64,000 nucleotides of DNA from an uncultured Pseudomonadota bacterium (GTDB lineage: Bacteria; Oederibacteriota; Muellerivitia; Muellerivitales; Muellerivitaceae). The notes beneath the pieces were generated by a model. It worked only from the letters and a program-made list of their open reading frames with translations, did no database searches and was not told the DNA's origin. A program made the position numbers and the translations under genes. The DNA is taken from the NCBI GenBank assembly GCA_963770835.1, contig CAVYRH010000004.1, forward strand, positions 644,764 to 708,763, written 5' to 3'. Positions 1 through 8,526 of the stretch are shown in pieces (positions within the stretch are counted from its first letter, which is position 1; every line of letters starts with the position of its first letter).

Positions 1-129
1 ATCGCCCAACGAACGTCCCGGAAGTCCCAACTTAAAATTTTATCCGGGCTCAATCCCAAGGAACAAAAAACCCTGATTCATTTGCTCCGGAAACTTGTCC
101 TCGCCCGCTTCGACGCCCAAAAAGAATAA
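1..129 (+). CDS. Partial CDS (3' end only), probable MarR-family transcriptional regulator C-terminus
   Basis: Frame open from base 1: IAQRTSRKSQLKILSGLNPKEQKTLIHLLRKLVLARFDAQKE* (TAA 127-129); the LSGLxxxEQxTLxxLLRKL helix is typical of MarR C-termini. Not in the ORF track (no start codon in window). Confidence 0.5.
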   Translation: MAQRTSRKSQLKILSGLNPKEQKTLIHLLRKLVLARFDAQKE

Positions 130-192
130 TACCTTTTGAGAGGGCGGGATCCCCGCAAGGAGGCCCATGCGGGGATTCGCTTTGACAGGTTG

Positions 193-223
193 ATGAAAAA
201 GTCCAAACGACGGACTTTTTCAT
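193..223. terminator. Bidirectional intrinsic terminator-like hairpin
   Basis: Perfect inverted repeat ATGAAAAAGTCC (193-204) / GGACTTTTTCAT (212-223), 7-nt loop, A/T runs on both sides, between convergent genes. Confidence 0.6.
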
Positions 224-344
224 ATTTGCGTCGCGAATCACCCCTTGAAAAAGAAGGGGTTTAAGACGATTCGCTCCTAGCCCATGGCTGCAGACAGGGT
301 GTAAAAATAATTTTTCAGCACCCTGTTAGAGGGAAATTTTGGGG

Positions 345-578
345 CTATTTCGCTGCGGGGGTCGTTGAAGCAACGGGCGTCGTGGAAGCCGCCATCGCCT
401 TCCTTTCCACCTTGGCCTTTACGGCCTTTTTCTTCCCGGCTTTCTTCACCGGCGTAACGACGGGGGTAACGGCGGCGGTAACCGTGGGGGTCCCGCTCAC
501 TTTCGCTGTATCCGCCCCGGCCAATCCGATTCCTCCCAAAAATGAAACGGCCAACACCGCGACAATGAAACGCTTCAT
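345..578 (-). CDS. Small secreted Lys/Ala/Thr/Pro-rich low-complexity protein
   Basis: 77 aa; signal peptide MKRFIVAVLAVSFLGGIGLAGA, GGGAGG RBS upstream, disordered KKAGKKKAVKAK segment. Confidence 0.7.
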   Translation of the reverse strand: MKRFIVAVLAVSFLGGIGLAGADTAKVSGTPTVTAAVTPVVTPVKKAGKKKAVKAKVERKAMAASTTPVASTTPAAK

Positions 579-680
579 GAAATCCTCCCAAGTAAATTTT
601 TAAAAACCGGCGCCCAAAACCAAATTCCGGTCTTTGGGCCGCATAGCCCGTTGAATTTAGGGGGGAAAGAATAATTGCGG

Positions 681-696
681 TATGACCGCCCGCATA
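681..696. promoter_or_regulatory. TATGA-N6-TCATA palindrome (putative Crp/Fnr site)
   Basis: TATGA CCGCCC GCATA; on the minus strand TAAATT (659-654) lies 21 nt away, facing the 345-578 gene. Confidence 0.6.
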
Positions 697-865
697 ATGG
701 ACCGTCCCGCCGCAAGAAACGATTTCAGAAAAGATTGTGATTTAGCTTTAAATAGGCCTGTAATTCATTTTTCAAAAATATTTTTTTGCGGGAAGTTTTT
801 CGGGAAATATTGGCTAGGGTGACTCCACCCAAGGCGGACGCCGCACTCCACCGCGCGGGCTGGAA

Positions 866-1441
866 TTATTGAATGTTGATGTTGATCGTACTGAAAATGT
901 ATTGGGTGATCTTGTCGTATTTTTGCTTGGATGAATCAATAATCAGGACCATCCACATGATGTTCCGTTTGATGAAGATTTCCGTTTGGAATGTCGCTTT
1001 TTGGTTGTCAGCCATGAAATCACCCCACAACATCACCCCGTCCATGTTGAACCGTTGTATCTTTTTTTGGGCGACCCTGAAATTGGTCACCCCGGTTTGG
1101 CCCTTCATGTTATCGATCGCGCCCTGCGCGGCCCCGTCCAAGTCCCCCATGATCCCCTTGTTGTAAATTACGTTGGTCACCAGGCATTGGTACTCATCTG
1201 AGTTGGTGTTATCGAGGACGTAGGATTCCATCACGTCGATTTTCTTGCGGATTTCCTCTGAAAGATCGACGCTGGAAACCATGAACTTGCCGGGAATGGT
1301 GACCGTCATGTAGTCGCCCACCTGGGCTTTTTGCCAGGGCCCGAAAACCGGCTTGGCTGCGTCATCCGCGCAGAGACTACCGGGGGAAAGGATCAAAGTT
1401 CCTAGGAAGAGGGCTGGAAGCAGGGATTTCATAACTCGCAT
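866..1441 (-). CDS. Secreted hypothetical protein (PsbP/DcrB-like size and pattern, uncertain)
   Basis: Start moved to ATG 1441 (MRVMKSLLPALFLG..., AAGGA upstream); signal peptide then ~165-aa alpha/beta domain. Confidence 0.6.
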   Translation of the reverse strand: MRVMKSLLPALFLGTLILSPGSLCADDAAKPVFGPWQKAQVGDYMTVTIPGKFMVSSVDLSEEIRKKIDVMESYVLDNTNSDEYQCLVTNVIYNKGIMGDLDGAAQGAIDNMKGQTGVTNFRVAQKKIQRFNMDGVMLWGDFMADNQKATFQTEIFIKRNIMWMVLIIDSSKQKYDKITQYIFSTININIQ

Positions 1442-1812
1442 AGAAGGTTCCTTTAAAATAATTTCATTTAACAGAAAAACCACCGTGGATTCGCGGATCA
1501 TTATAGGAGCCGATCTCGGACCTTCAAAATAAATTTTCTTAGACTGGAAGTTTCCAGAAATACAAGTAAAGTTTTGGTAACCACCGAATGGACAAGGGAT
1601 GAAAATCGCCATTCCGTTAAAGCCCAAGATTTGAAAGCCACCAAACTTAAAATCCTCTGACCACTTTCATACGTTTAATCGTCCGTTGAAGATAAAAAAC
1701 AGGCCGATTGGGAATTCCTTCCCCCTTTTATTTCGGGTTGCAGTACCTTTTATTTAAAGCGGGTAAATCCAACGGGAAAATTGGATAATTGCGGCAAAAG
1801 GCGGTTCCGCGA

Positions 1813-2421
1813 ATGATTCGAAAAAAGATCATCATTGTCCTTTTAGCTTCCCTCTTCCTGGCGCGGCCCTTGTTGGCCGATGAAGCGCCCGATCCCAAGG
1901 CAAAACCGAAAACCGACCCACCTCCAGCGGCCATGTCCTTGGAGGATTTGGGCTTCTCATCGGATGACCTGAAAAGCGACCCCCAATTCCAAAAGGACCT
2001 CCAAACAAGGTCCGACATGCTGCAAATCCACCAGACCTTGGGGCTGATTACGGCGGTCCCGATGACCACCGAGTTTGTCCTGGGCATCGTGACCGCCGGG
2101 AACGTTGCCAACGGAAGCACGAACACGGGCCTCCACGAAGGCCTGGGGCTCGCCACCGCCGGGTTATACGTCACCACCGCCATGTTCGCGATTTTGGCCC
2201 CGAAGCCCAAGGGCTTGAAACCCAGCGGCAACACGAAAACCCACGTGGATTTGGTTTGGGTCCATGCGCCTTTGATGGTCGCCGTGCCCATTTTGGGGGA
2301 AATCGTCGACGACCGGGTGCAGAACCACCAACCCTTAGGGGACCTGGGGACGATTCACGGCATCCTGGCGACGGCCCTAGTGGTTTCCTATTTGACATCC
2401 TTAACGGTCATTACTTTTTAG
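1813..2421 (+). CDS. Signal peptide plus 4-TM His-rich membrane protein, possible di-haem cytochrome b (b561-like)
   Basis: Four hydrophobic helices, each with a His (QIHQ, GLHE, WVHA, TIHG); 8 nt upstream of a YceI gene. Confidence 0.5.
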   Translation: MIRKKIIIVLLASLFLARPLLADEAPDPKAKPKTDPPPAAMSLEDLGFSSDDLKSDPQFQKDLQTRSDMLQIHQTLGLITAVPMTTEFVLGIVTAGNVANGSTNTGLHEGLGLATAGLYVTTAMFAILAPKPKGLKPSGNTKTHVDLVWVHAPLMVAVPILGEIVDDRVQNHQPLGDLGTIHGILATALVVSYLTSLTVITF

Positions 2422-2429
2422 GGGGGGAC

Positions 2430-2996
2430 ATGAAAAAAACCTTAGCCTACTCCTTTCTTTTCCTGCTTCCGGCCTTGGCGTTTTCGGCGGATTCCAAAGT
2501 GAATTGGAAGCTTGAGAAGTCCGAATTGACCTATACGGTGACCCATCCCCTCCACGTGGTCCATGGGACCAGCATGGCGGCGCGGGGGGAGGGACTCCGT
2601 AACCCGGACGGCACCTGGCAGTTTTTGGTGGCGGTTCCGGTCCAATCCTTCGACTCCGGGGACAGCAACCGCGACCTCCACATGCAGGAAGTGACCCGGT
2701 CCGGCCTTTATCCCTTGATCAAAGTGACCGCGGTCGTCGCCAAGCTGGCCGAGGGGGAAGCCCCCCAGACCATCACCGCGGACGTTGACATTGAGTTCGC
2801 GGGTAAAAAGGCCCACGACCCCGGGCAGGTATTGGAAGTTTTGGAGTGGAAACCGGGAGAAGTCCACCTCCAAGGCATAATTATCCTGAGCTTGAAAGCC
2901 TTTAATATCACGCCGCCCAGCCTGTTGGCGATGCCGGTCCAGGACGCCGTTCCAGTAAAGCTGGACATGTTTTGGAAGATGGCCGATTTGAAGTGA
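2430..2996 (+). CDS. YceI-family lipid/polyisoprenoid-binding protein
   Basis: ATG 2430 after GGGGGG RBS; signal peptide, SELTYTVTHPLHVVHG, VPVQSFDSGDSNRDLHM, LSLKAFNITPP are YceI-type motifs. Confidence 0.8.
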   Translation: MKKTLAYSFLFLLPALAFSADSKVNWKLEKSELTYTVTHPLHVVHGTSMAARGEGLRNPDGTWQFLVAVPVQSFDSGDSNRDLHMQEVTRSGLYPLIKVTAVVAKLAEGEAPQTITADVDIEFAGKKAHDPGQVLEVLEWKPGEVHLQGIIILSLKAFNITPPSLLAMPVQDAVPVKLDMFWKMADLK

Positions 2997-3045
2997 AATT
3001 TTAGGATTGTTCGGTATACGCAGTTGACCGCCAAAGGGGCTTCAT

Positions 3046-3945
3046 ATGAACGTGGGACTTTGGATTCAAAAACAGCCAAAAATTAATATATTTATCCTCG
3101 CCACATTCCTGTTCCTAGCGGATGAATTTATCGACTACCGCACCGGGCCGGAACTGAACATGTCGTTCTTTCACCTTGTGCCCCTCTTTTTAATCGTTTG
3201 GAACGCGGGGTTCCTTCCCGGGCTCGCCTATTCCTTCTTTTGCGCCATCGTCATGCTCTTCGTGACGATCCACCCCTTGCTCACCCTCCCGACGGCCGTC
3301 CAGGCTTTCAACGTCCTCGCCAACCTCGTCTTCTACCTCGCCTTCATCGCCGTTTTGGCCCAGCTGAAAAAATACCTGGAAAAGGTGACCTTTATGGCCG
3401 AGGTTGACGGCCTCACGAACCTCCTCAACCCGCGCACTTTTTTACAGCGCGCGGAGCGGGAAATCCGGGGAGCCGCCAAGGCCTGGGAGCCGGTCACGGT
3501 CCTCTTCATCGACGTGGACGACTTCAAAAGGCTGAACGATACCTTCGGCCATGGGGCGGGGGACGAAGTCTTGAAATCCATTGGAAAAACCCTGAACGCC
3601 CATTTCCGGAAAAGGGACCTGCGCGCCAGGATGGGCGGGGATGAGTTCGCGGTCCTGTTGCCGGGCTTCCCGGTGGAAGCGGCGAAGGCGGAGATCCCAA
3701 GGTTCCACGAAAATTTGAACCGGTCGCTGGCGGGAACTAAAGGGGCCCCGACTTGCAGCATCGGGGCGGTTTCATTCCTCAAAACCCCCGCCTCCGCCCA
3801 GGCGGCCCTAGCCGAGGCGGACAGCCTGATGTACCAAGTGAAGTTGAGCGGGAAAAACAGCTGGATCTGGAAGGCAACCCCTTCCCAAGGGTCCGGCCCC
3901 GGCGTCTTGTTGGAAAAACCAGTGGCAACCGGCGTCACGAAGTAA
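3046..3945 (+). CDS. Membrane-anchored diguanylate cyclase (GGDEF)
   Basis: N-terminal TM helices; DGLTNLLN, FIDVDDFKRLNDTFGHGAGD, RKRD I-site 5 aa before MGGDEF. Confidence 0.9.
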   Translation: MNVGLWIQKQPKINIFILATFLFLADEFIDYRTGPELNMSFFHLVPLFLIVWNAGFLPGLAYSFFCAIVMLFVTIHPLLTLPTAVQAFNVLANLVFYLAFIAVLAQLKKYLEKVTFMAEVDGLTNLLNPRTFLQRAEREIRGAAKAWEPVTVLFIDVDDFKRLNDTFGHGAGDEVLKSIGKTLNAHFRKRDLRARMGGDEFAVLLPGFPVEAAKAEIPRFHENLNRSLAGTKGAPTCSIGAVSFLKTPASAQAALAEADSLMYQVKLSGKNSWIWKATPSQGSGPGVLLEKPVATGVTK

Positions 3946-3970
3946 ACCATTTAGAAGCGGTGGCCCACCT

Positions 3971-5602
3971 TTATTTCTTTCCCTGCTGGTACAGATAGTT
4001 CGCCAAGTCCTGGATTTGCGCGGGAGTCAGCTGGTCCGTGAAGCCCGACATGGCCGCGTCCTTGTTGAGCGAAAGCGGGTTCTTGATATAAGCCGCGATG
4101 TAATCCGCGTCACGGCCCTGCCCGATGTGGGACAGGTCGGGGCCGATATCCTCGCCTACGCCGTGGAACTTGTGGCAGGAGGCGCAATTGTCCTCATAAA
4201 GTTTGGGCGCCTGGGCTGAGAAAGCCCCTCCCCCCAAACTGCTCATATAAGCCACCAGGGCCTCCACTTCTCCGTCCAATAGGTTGAAATTGGGCATCTT
4301 GGTGCTGGGTGTGACCTTTTTGGGGTCGCGGAAATGGGCGGCCAACCAGTCCCGGTTGCGCCGCAAACCCACTTCGTCCAAGGCCGGGCCCACGGTTCCG
4401 CCGCGCCCGTTGAGGCTATGGCAATACTGGCAATGGAGGTCCGTGAAAAGCCTTTTCCCTTCCATGATGAGCGGATCTTTCTGGGTAATAGGGTTGGTCA
4501 AGGGCGTGCGGGCGCCCTGGACGGTCAAAATGATGACCCCCAGGACCGCCATCCATCCCGCGGCCACTAGCCATTTGCGGTCCGCCGGGTGGCGCTTGGG
4601 TCCCTTGTCCAAGAAGGGCAGGGCCAGGAGGGCCAGGATTACCAGGGTGGGGAGCAGGACGATGGCGAAAGCCTCGGATTTCCCCGGGAAATATTTCAGA
4701 AGCTGAAATACGGAAAGGAAATACCATTCGGGCCGGGGGTTATAGGTGGTATCGGTGGGATTGGCCAAATCCTCAAGTTCGGCGCCCCTCCACAATGCCA
4801 CAGCCACCACAATGGCGAAGACGATGAAGACGGCAGTGGTGTCCTTGAAAATGATGTAGGGCCAGAAGGATTTTCCCTGGGCCTTCAGCTCGGCGTAACG
4901 GGCCTTGTAGCGGGCCTTCCAATCGGGTTCCTTGCCGGTCGAGGAAGGATCCCTTTCAGGAGGAGCGGAGATGCCGTGCCAAACCACCAAGAAAAGATGG
5001 ACGCCGATGAAAAGGATAGCCAGGATCGGAAGAACCAGCACGTGAATGGCGTAAAACCGGGCCAGGGTGATGGCGCCCAGGTCCTGGCCGCCTTTCATGA
5101 TCTTGGAAAGGGCGTCCCCAAGAAACGGAACCTGCTCCACCATGTGGGCCCCCACGGTGGTGGCCCAGTAGGCCTTTTGGTCCCAGGGCAAAAGATAACC
5201 GGTGAAACCGAAGCCGATCACCAGGAAGAAAAGGAACACGCCCGTGAACCAGGTGACCTCGCGGGGGTATTTATAGGCGCCCATCATGAAGACGCGTAAA
5301 AGGTGCAGGAAGGCGGCCACCACCATGCCGGTGGCGCCCCATTTATGGAGGCTCCTTAAAAAAGACCCCATGGGGACTTCGTTGGTAATGTACCGGACCG
5401 AATCATAGGCGTGGTCGGGCGAGGGGGAGTAATGCATGGCTAAGAGCATGCCCGTGACCACCTGGAGGATGAAAAAGAAAAGGGTGATGCTGCCCAGGGT
5501 GTAACGCCAGCCGACGCCCTTGGGGATGTGGCGGTCGAAGATGACTTCCTTGATCTTGCGCCAGCCGGTGCGCTCATCCAGCCAGTCGAGGATTTTTTTC
5601 AT
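3971..5602 (-). CDS. qcrB: Cytochrome bc complex cytochrome b subunit fused to two c-type haem domains
   Basis: ATG 5602 overlaps the Rieske TGA; cytochrome b motifs (SLHKW, FLHLLR, GYLLPWDQKAYWA, AIHV, GVHL, PEWY) followed by CQYCH and CASCH. Confidence 0.9.
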   Translation of the reverse strand: MKKILDWLDERTGWRKIKEVIFDRHIPKGVGWRYTLGSITLFFFILQVVTGMLLAMHYSPSPDHAYDSVRYITNEVPMGSFLRSLHKWGATGMVVAAFLHLLRVFMMGAYKYPREVTWFTGVFLFFLVIGFGFTGYLLPWDQKAYWATTVGAHMVEQVPFLGDALSKIMKGGQDLGAITLARFYAIHVLVLPILAILFIGVHLFLVVWHGISAPPERDPSSTGKEPDWKARYKARYAELKAQGKSFWPYIIFKDTTAVFIVFAIVVAVALWRGAELEDLANPTDTTYNPRPEWYFLSVFQLLKYFPGKSEAFAIVLLPTLVILALLALPFLDKGPKRHPADRKWLVAAGWMAVLGVIILTVQGARTPLTNPITQKDPLIMEGKRLFTDLHCQYCHSLNGRGGTVGPALDEVGLRRNRDWLAAHFRDPKKVTPSTKMPNFNLLDGEVEALVAYMSSLGGGAFSAQAPKLYEDNCASCHKFHGVGEDIGPDLSHIGQGRDADYIAAYIKNPLSLNKDAAMSGFTDQLTPAQIQDLANYLYQQGKK

Positions 5603-6105
5603 CACGCTTCCCCCTGTGGCAGGATAAACAGGTTGCCGTTTTCTATTTTCACCTGGTAGCGGTTCAGCGGTTTCGGCGGCGGGCCCGAGATGACATGCCC
5701 GTCCTTGGCGAAGGTGCCGCCGTGGCAGGGGCAAAGGAAAGCCTTCTTGGTGGCATCCCAGCGGTAGGGGCAGCCCAGGTGGGTGCAATGGGGGTCATAG
5801 GCTACCCAGTCCTCCCCCTGTTTGACCACCCAGACGGAGCTGCCGCTCTCGATGACCTCCCAGCCGTCCTCCTTGCGGTTGACGTAGTCCACCTTCACCG
5901 GGTCCCCGGCCTGCAGGCCGGCCACAGGGCCCACATTCACCCAGCCTTCCTTTTTGCGGCGCCAAGCGGGGGAAAGAAAATAGGAAACACCCGAACCGCC
6001 GAGGACGAAGGCGATCATCGCCCCCATCAACGTGATCATGCCGATGAGGAAATTCCGGCGTTTGGGGTTTTCCGGGTCCGGGCGCGGGGCGGGGGATTCT
6101 GACAT
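5602..6105 (-). CDS. qcrA: Rieske 2Fe-2S subunit of cytochrome bc complex
   Basis: TAT-like KRRNFL plus TM helix; CTHLGC and CPCHGG boxes; GPPPKPL. Confidence 0.95.
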   Translation of the reverse strand: MSESPAPRPDPENPKRRNFLIGMITLMGAMIAFVLGGSGVSYFLSPAWRRKKEGWVNVGPVAGLQAGDPVKVDYVNRKEDGWEVIESGSSVWVVKQGEDWVAYDPHCTHLGCPYRWDATKKAFLCPCHGGTFAKDGHVISGPPPKPLNRYQVKIENGNLFILPQGEA

Positions 6106-6151
6106 AATTCTCTCCTGAGCGAATTGGGGGCTCTAATTAAAAGTCGGGTTT

Positions 6152-6183
6152 AAAAAAAGGCCGGGTCCAAAGGGCCCGGCCTT
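6152..6183 (-). terminator. Intrinsic terminator between cyc2 and Rieske genes
   Basis: Minus strand AAGGCCGGGCCC-TTT-GGACCCGGCCTT followed by a T run; stem 6157-6168/6172-6183 with one mismatch. Confidence 0.7.
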
Positions 6184-6205
6184 CGCTACGTTAACTGAGG
6201 TTTGG

Positions 6206-7624
6206 TTAAAAAGCGAGCCAGGCCATGGCCATCAAAGTGTTGTTATCCGAGGCTTTCCGTGCGGTGGCCCCGTCATAACCCAGCTCGGTGGTCGGATCCA
6301 CATTGTCCCCGCCGCCGTTGAACTTCCAATAGGCGGTGTACTGCAGGGTGAGCTTGGTGTTAAGCCAGGGCAGGTAATTGATCTCGTAAATCATGCCGTT
6401 GGACGTGGGATCACCCGTGGCGCTGCCGCTATAGGGTGTCGGGGTGTAAATCACGTCATCCGTAGTCCCACCCAGGCCAAAATAAGCCACGGTGAAACCG
6501 ATGGACCTTTGGTAATAAAAGGTCCCGTTGATCCGGAAAAGCTCCAACTGGTCGTCCAGGTTGGCTGACCCGGGGGCGGCTTCGTTGAAAGTGGAATTCA
6601 GCGTCTGGTATTCCCGGATCCAGGAAACCTGGAGGGAAGGCTGGATTTCCTTGGTGATGTACTGGGCTTGGGCATCGATGCCGAAATCCGTGAAGTTGTC
6701 CGCGGTGAACCCGGCCGGAATGCCGGCCGCCGGGGCCACATCCTCGGAAAACACGAAGCCCCCTAATTCGAAGGAGCTGTCGCCCACTTCCTGGTTGAAA
6801 GCCACGCGGGCGTAAGGCGCATAGCCCTGAATGGAGGCCGAACCCACGGCGGCCGGCGCCTGGGGCGCGCTGCGGTAGGCGCTGGCTTCCACGTAAACCA
6901 GCTTGTCCAGGTTGAGGTAAGCGCCCAAGCCGCCCACGCTACCTCCCAGAGTCGTTATTTGGGGGGCGGCGGTGGGCTGGGGGATGTTGGCGGAGGTGGC
7001 GTAGGGGAAGCCCCAGGCCGGAACCGTATTCCAGACGTCCTGGACGGTCGGGTTGTTGTTGAGGGTCAGGCCGAAGATTGCGTCACGCCCGTCCAGTTGG
7101 AAATGGGTGGCGTAGCGCACGTCGGTGTTGTCGGAGTGGAATACCCCCGAGCCGAAATCATAGGTGGCCTGTATAAAAGCCCCGATATTGGGCGAAATCT
7201 CCCCTGCGTAGAAAAGGCTCAATTGCTCGGGGAAAGCCACGTAGCCCTGCAAGTCGGTGTCGGGGCCTGGAACGGCGGTGGTGGGGTTCTTCACGAAGCT
7301 GTCTGAAATCTGCAGCATGGCCGAAAGGGGAGGAGCCTTGTCGATCTCCATCGACACGTCGCCGGTCTTGTCGTCCTTTTCCGTCACTTTGTCCGATTCA
7401 CCCGAAACGTAACCGTTCAATTTGAACCAGCGGCCGTAGGGGGTTAATTCGGGGAAGGCCGTATGACAGGCCATACAAGACATTCCCGTCTGCCGCGAAA
7501 AGCTGGGGACGGCCTGGGCCGGGGCGGAAAAAGAACCCCAAAGGACCGCGGATAAAAGCAGGAAAGACCAGGCGAAGGGGACGCCCATCCCTTTTTTTCT
7601 CACGGCCAGGGAATTCTCGCTCAT
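6206..7624 (-). CDS. cyc2: Cyc2-type fused monohaem cytochrome c - porin outer-membrane protein
   Basis: After the signal peptide: VPSFSRQTGMSCMACHTAFPELTPYGRWFKLNGY, matching the Cyc2 N-terminal signature (A. ferrooxidans LPSFARQTGWSCAACHTSYPQLTPMGRMFKL, recalled from memory); 472 aa, amphipathic beta strands, C-terminal Phe. Confidence 0.85.
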   Translation of the reverse strand: MSENSLAVRKKGMGVPFAWSFLLLSAVLWGSFSAPAQAVPSFSRQTGMSCMACHTAFPELTPYGRWFKLNGYVSGESDKVTEKDDKTGDVSMEIDKAPPLSAMLQISDSFVKNPTTAVPGPDTDLQGYVAFPEQLSLFYAGEISPNIGAFIQATYDFGSGVFHSDNTDVRYATHFQLDGRDAIFGLTLNNNPTVQDVWNTVPAWGFPYATSANIPQPTAAPQITTLGGSVGGLGAYLNLDKLVYVEASAYRSAPQAPAAVGSASIQGYAPYARVAFNQEVGDSSFELGGFVFSEDVAPAAGIPAGFTADNFTDFGIDAQAQYITKEIQPSLQVSWIREYQTLNSTFNEAAPGSANLDDQLELFRINGTFYYQRSIGFTVAYFGLGGTTDDVIYTPTPYSGSATGDPTSNGMIYEINYLPWLNTKLTLQYTAYWKFNGGGDNVDPTTELGYDGATARKASDNNTLMAMAWLAF

Positions 7625-7667
7625 ACAGCCTCCTCAAATCAGTTTATTTTTGCGGCTCCGCCCGGTT

Positions 7668-8102
7668 TTATTTTCCGCCCAGGGTGCGGATGTAATTGAC
7701 CACGTTCCAGCGTTCCTTGTCCGTCAGGTTCTTCGCGAAGGTGGGCATGGGCTTCTGCCCCTTGGTGATCTTCCAGAAAAGGGCTCCGTCGGTTTCGGCC
7801 TTCACTTGGGCGGAGGTCAGGTCGCCCGGTTTTTTCTTGAGCACCTTGCACATGGGGCCGTCGCCCTTGCCCAGGGTTCCGTGGCAGGAGAGGCACTTGC
7901 CGGTGAAGATTTTCTTTCCGGCATCGGTAGAGGTTTTGTCTGCGGCGATTGGGTTTTGGACCTGCGCGGCATCCGCCGGCACCTGCCAGCCCGTGGCGGC
8001 TTCATCGGCCATGGCGCAAGTCAGGGCTAGGCTGAATATCCCCACGGTGGCGAAGAAAGCCAGCAATAGGAAAAAATTTGGGGTGAATCCGATTCGCTTC
8101 AT
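7668..8102 (-). CDS. Periplasmic monohaem class I cytochrome c
   Basis: ATG 8102 after AAGGAGG; signal peptide, NPI...GKKIFTGKCLSCHG, distal Met in KPMPTF. Confidence 0.9.
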   Translation of the reverse strand: MKRIGFTPNFFLLLAFFATVGIFSLALTCAMADEAATGWQVPADAAQVQNPIAADKTSTDAGKKIFTGKCLSCHGTLGKGDGPMCKVLKKKPGDLTSAQVKAETDGALFWKITKGQKPMPTFAKNLTDKERWNVVNYIRTLGGK

Positions 8103-8187
8103 TTGATCCTCCTTGGTTATGACTGACGCGCTAAAGCTTAAGCACCTTAGCACGAAACCAATACTAGAAGGAGGAGGTGGAGTCATA

Positions 8188-8203
8188 TATGAGCTTCGTC
8201 ATA
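8188..8203. promoter_or_regulatory. TATGA-N6-TCATA site upstream of the cytochrome c-cyc2 unit
   Basis: TATGA GCTTCG TCATA; minus-strand TAGTAT (8166-8161) 21 nt away. Confidence 0.75.
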
Positions 8204-8450
8204 GAGGGCCAGACAGTATTTGGGCGATGGTTTTAGAAGTTTTTTAAAAGCTTGGGAAAAATTATCTGAGGATTGGGCTGATATGCCTTTTACCTATCAT
8301 TTTGATAGGTGGTTCCAGTTCCGGTATTTGGTTTACCTAAACCAAGCGCTTTTAAAAAGAGTCGTGGAATTCGGCCAAACCTTTTTGGGTTTTCCTGGGA
8401 CAACGGATAGGTTCCGTTAATGTTTTTCAAACGAAGTCAAGGGCCCGCAT

Positions 8451-8466
8451 TATGACGTTTCTCATA
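8451..8466. promoter_or_regulatory. TATGA-N6-TCATA site
   Basis: TATGA CGTTTC TCATA, 60 nt upstream of the 8527 gene. Confidence 0.7.
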
Positions 8467-8526
8467 CCCTCCCCTTATAAATAGGATCATCCTAAAGGTG
8501 AAATCAGATTCGCAAGGAGGTCCGCC

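Noticed and set aside
50-241. ORF-track 63-aa minus-strand ORF
   Set aside because: It overlaps a more plausible plus-strand MarR-like C-terminus and the terminator hairpins; no recognisable motif.
1656-1671. TCTGA-CCACTT-TCATA as a regulon site
   Set aside because: One mismatch and no convincing -10 at 20-22 nt on either side; left out of the count of 17.
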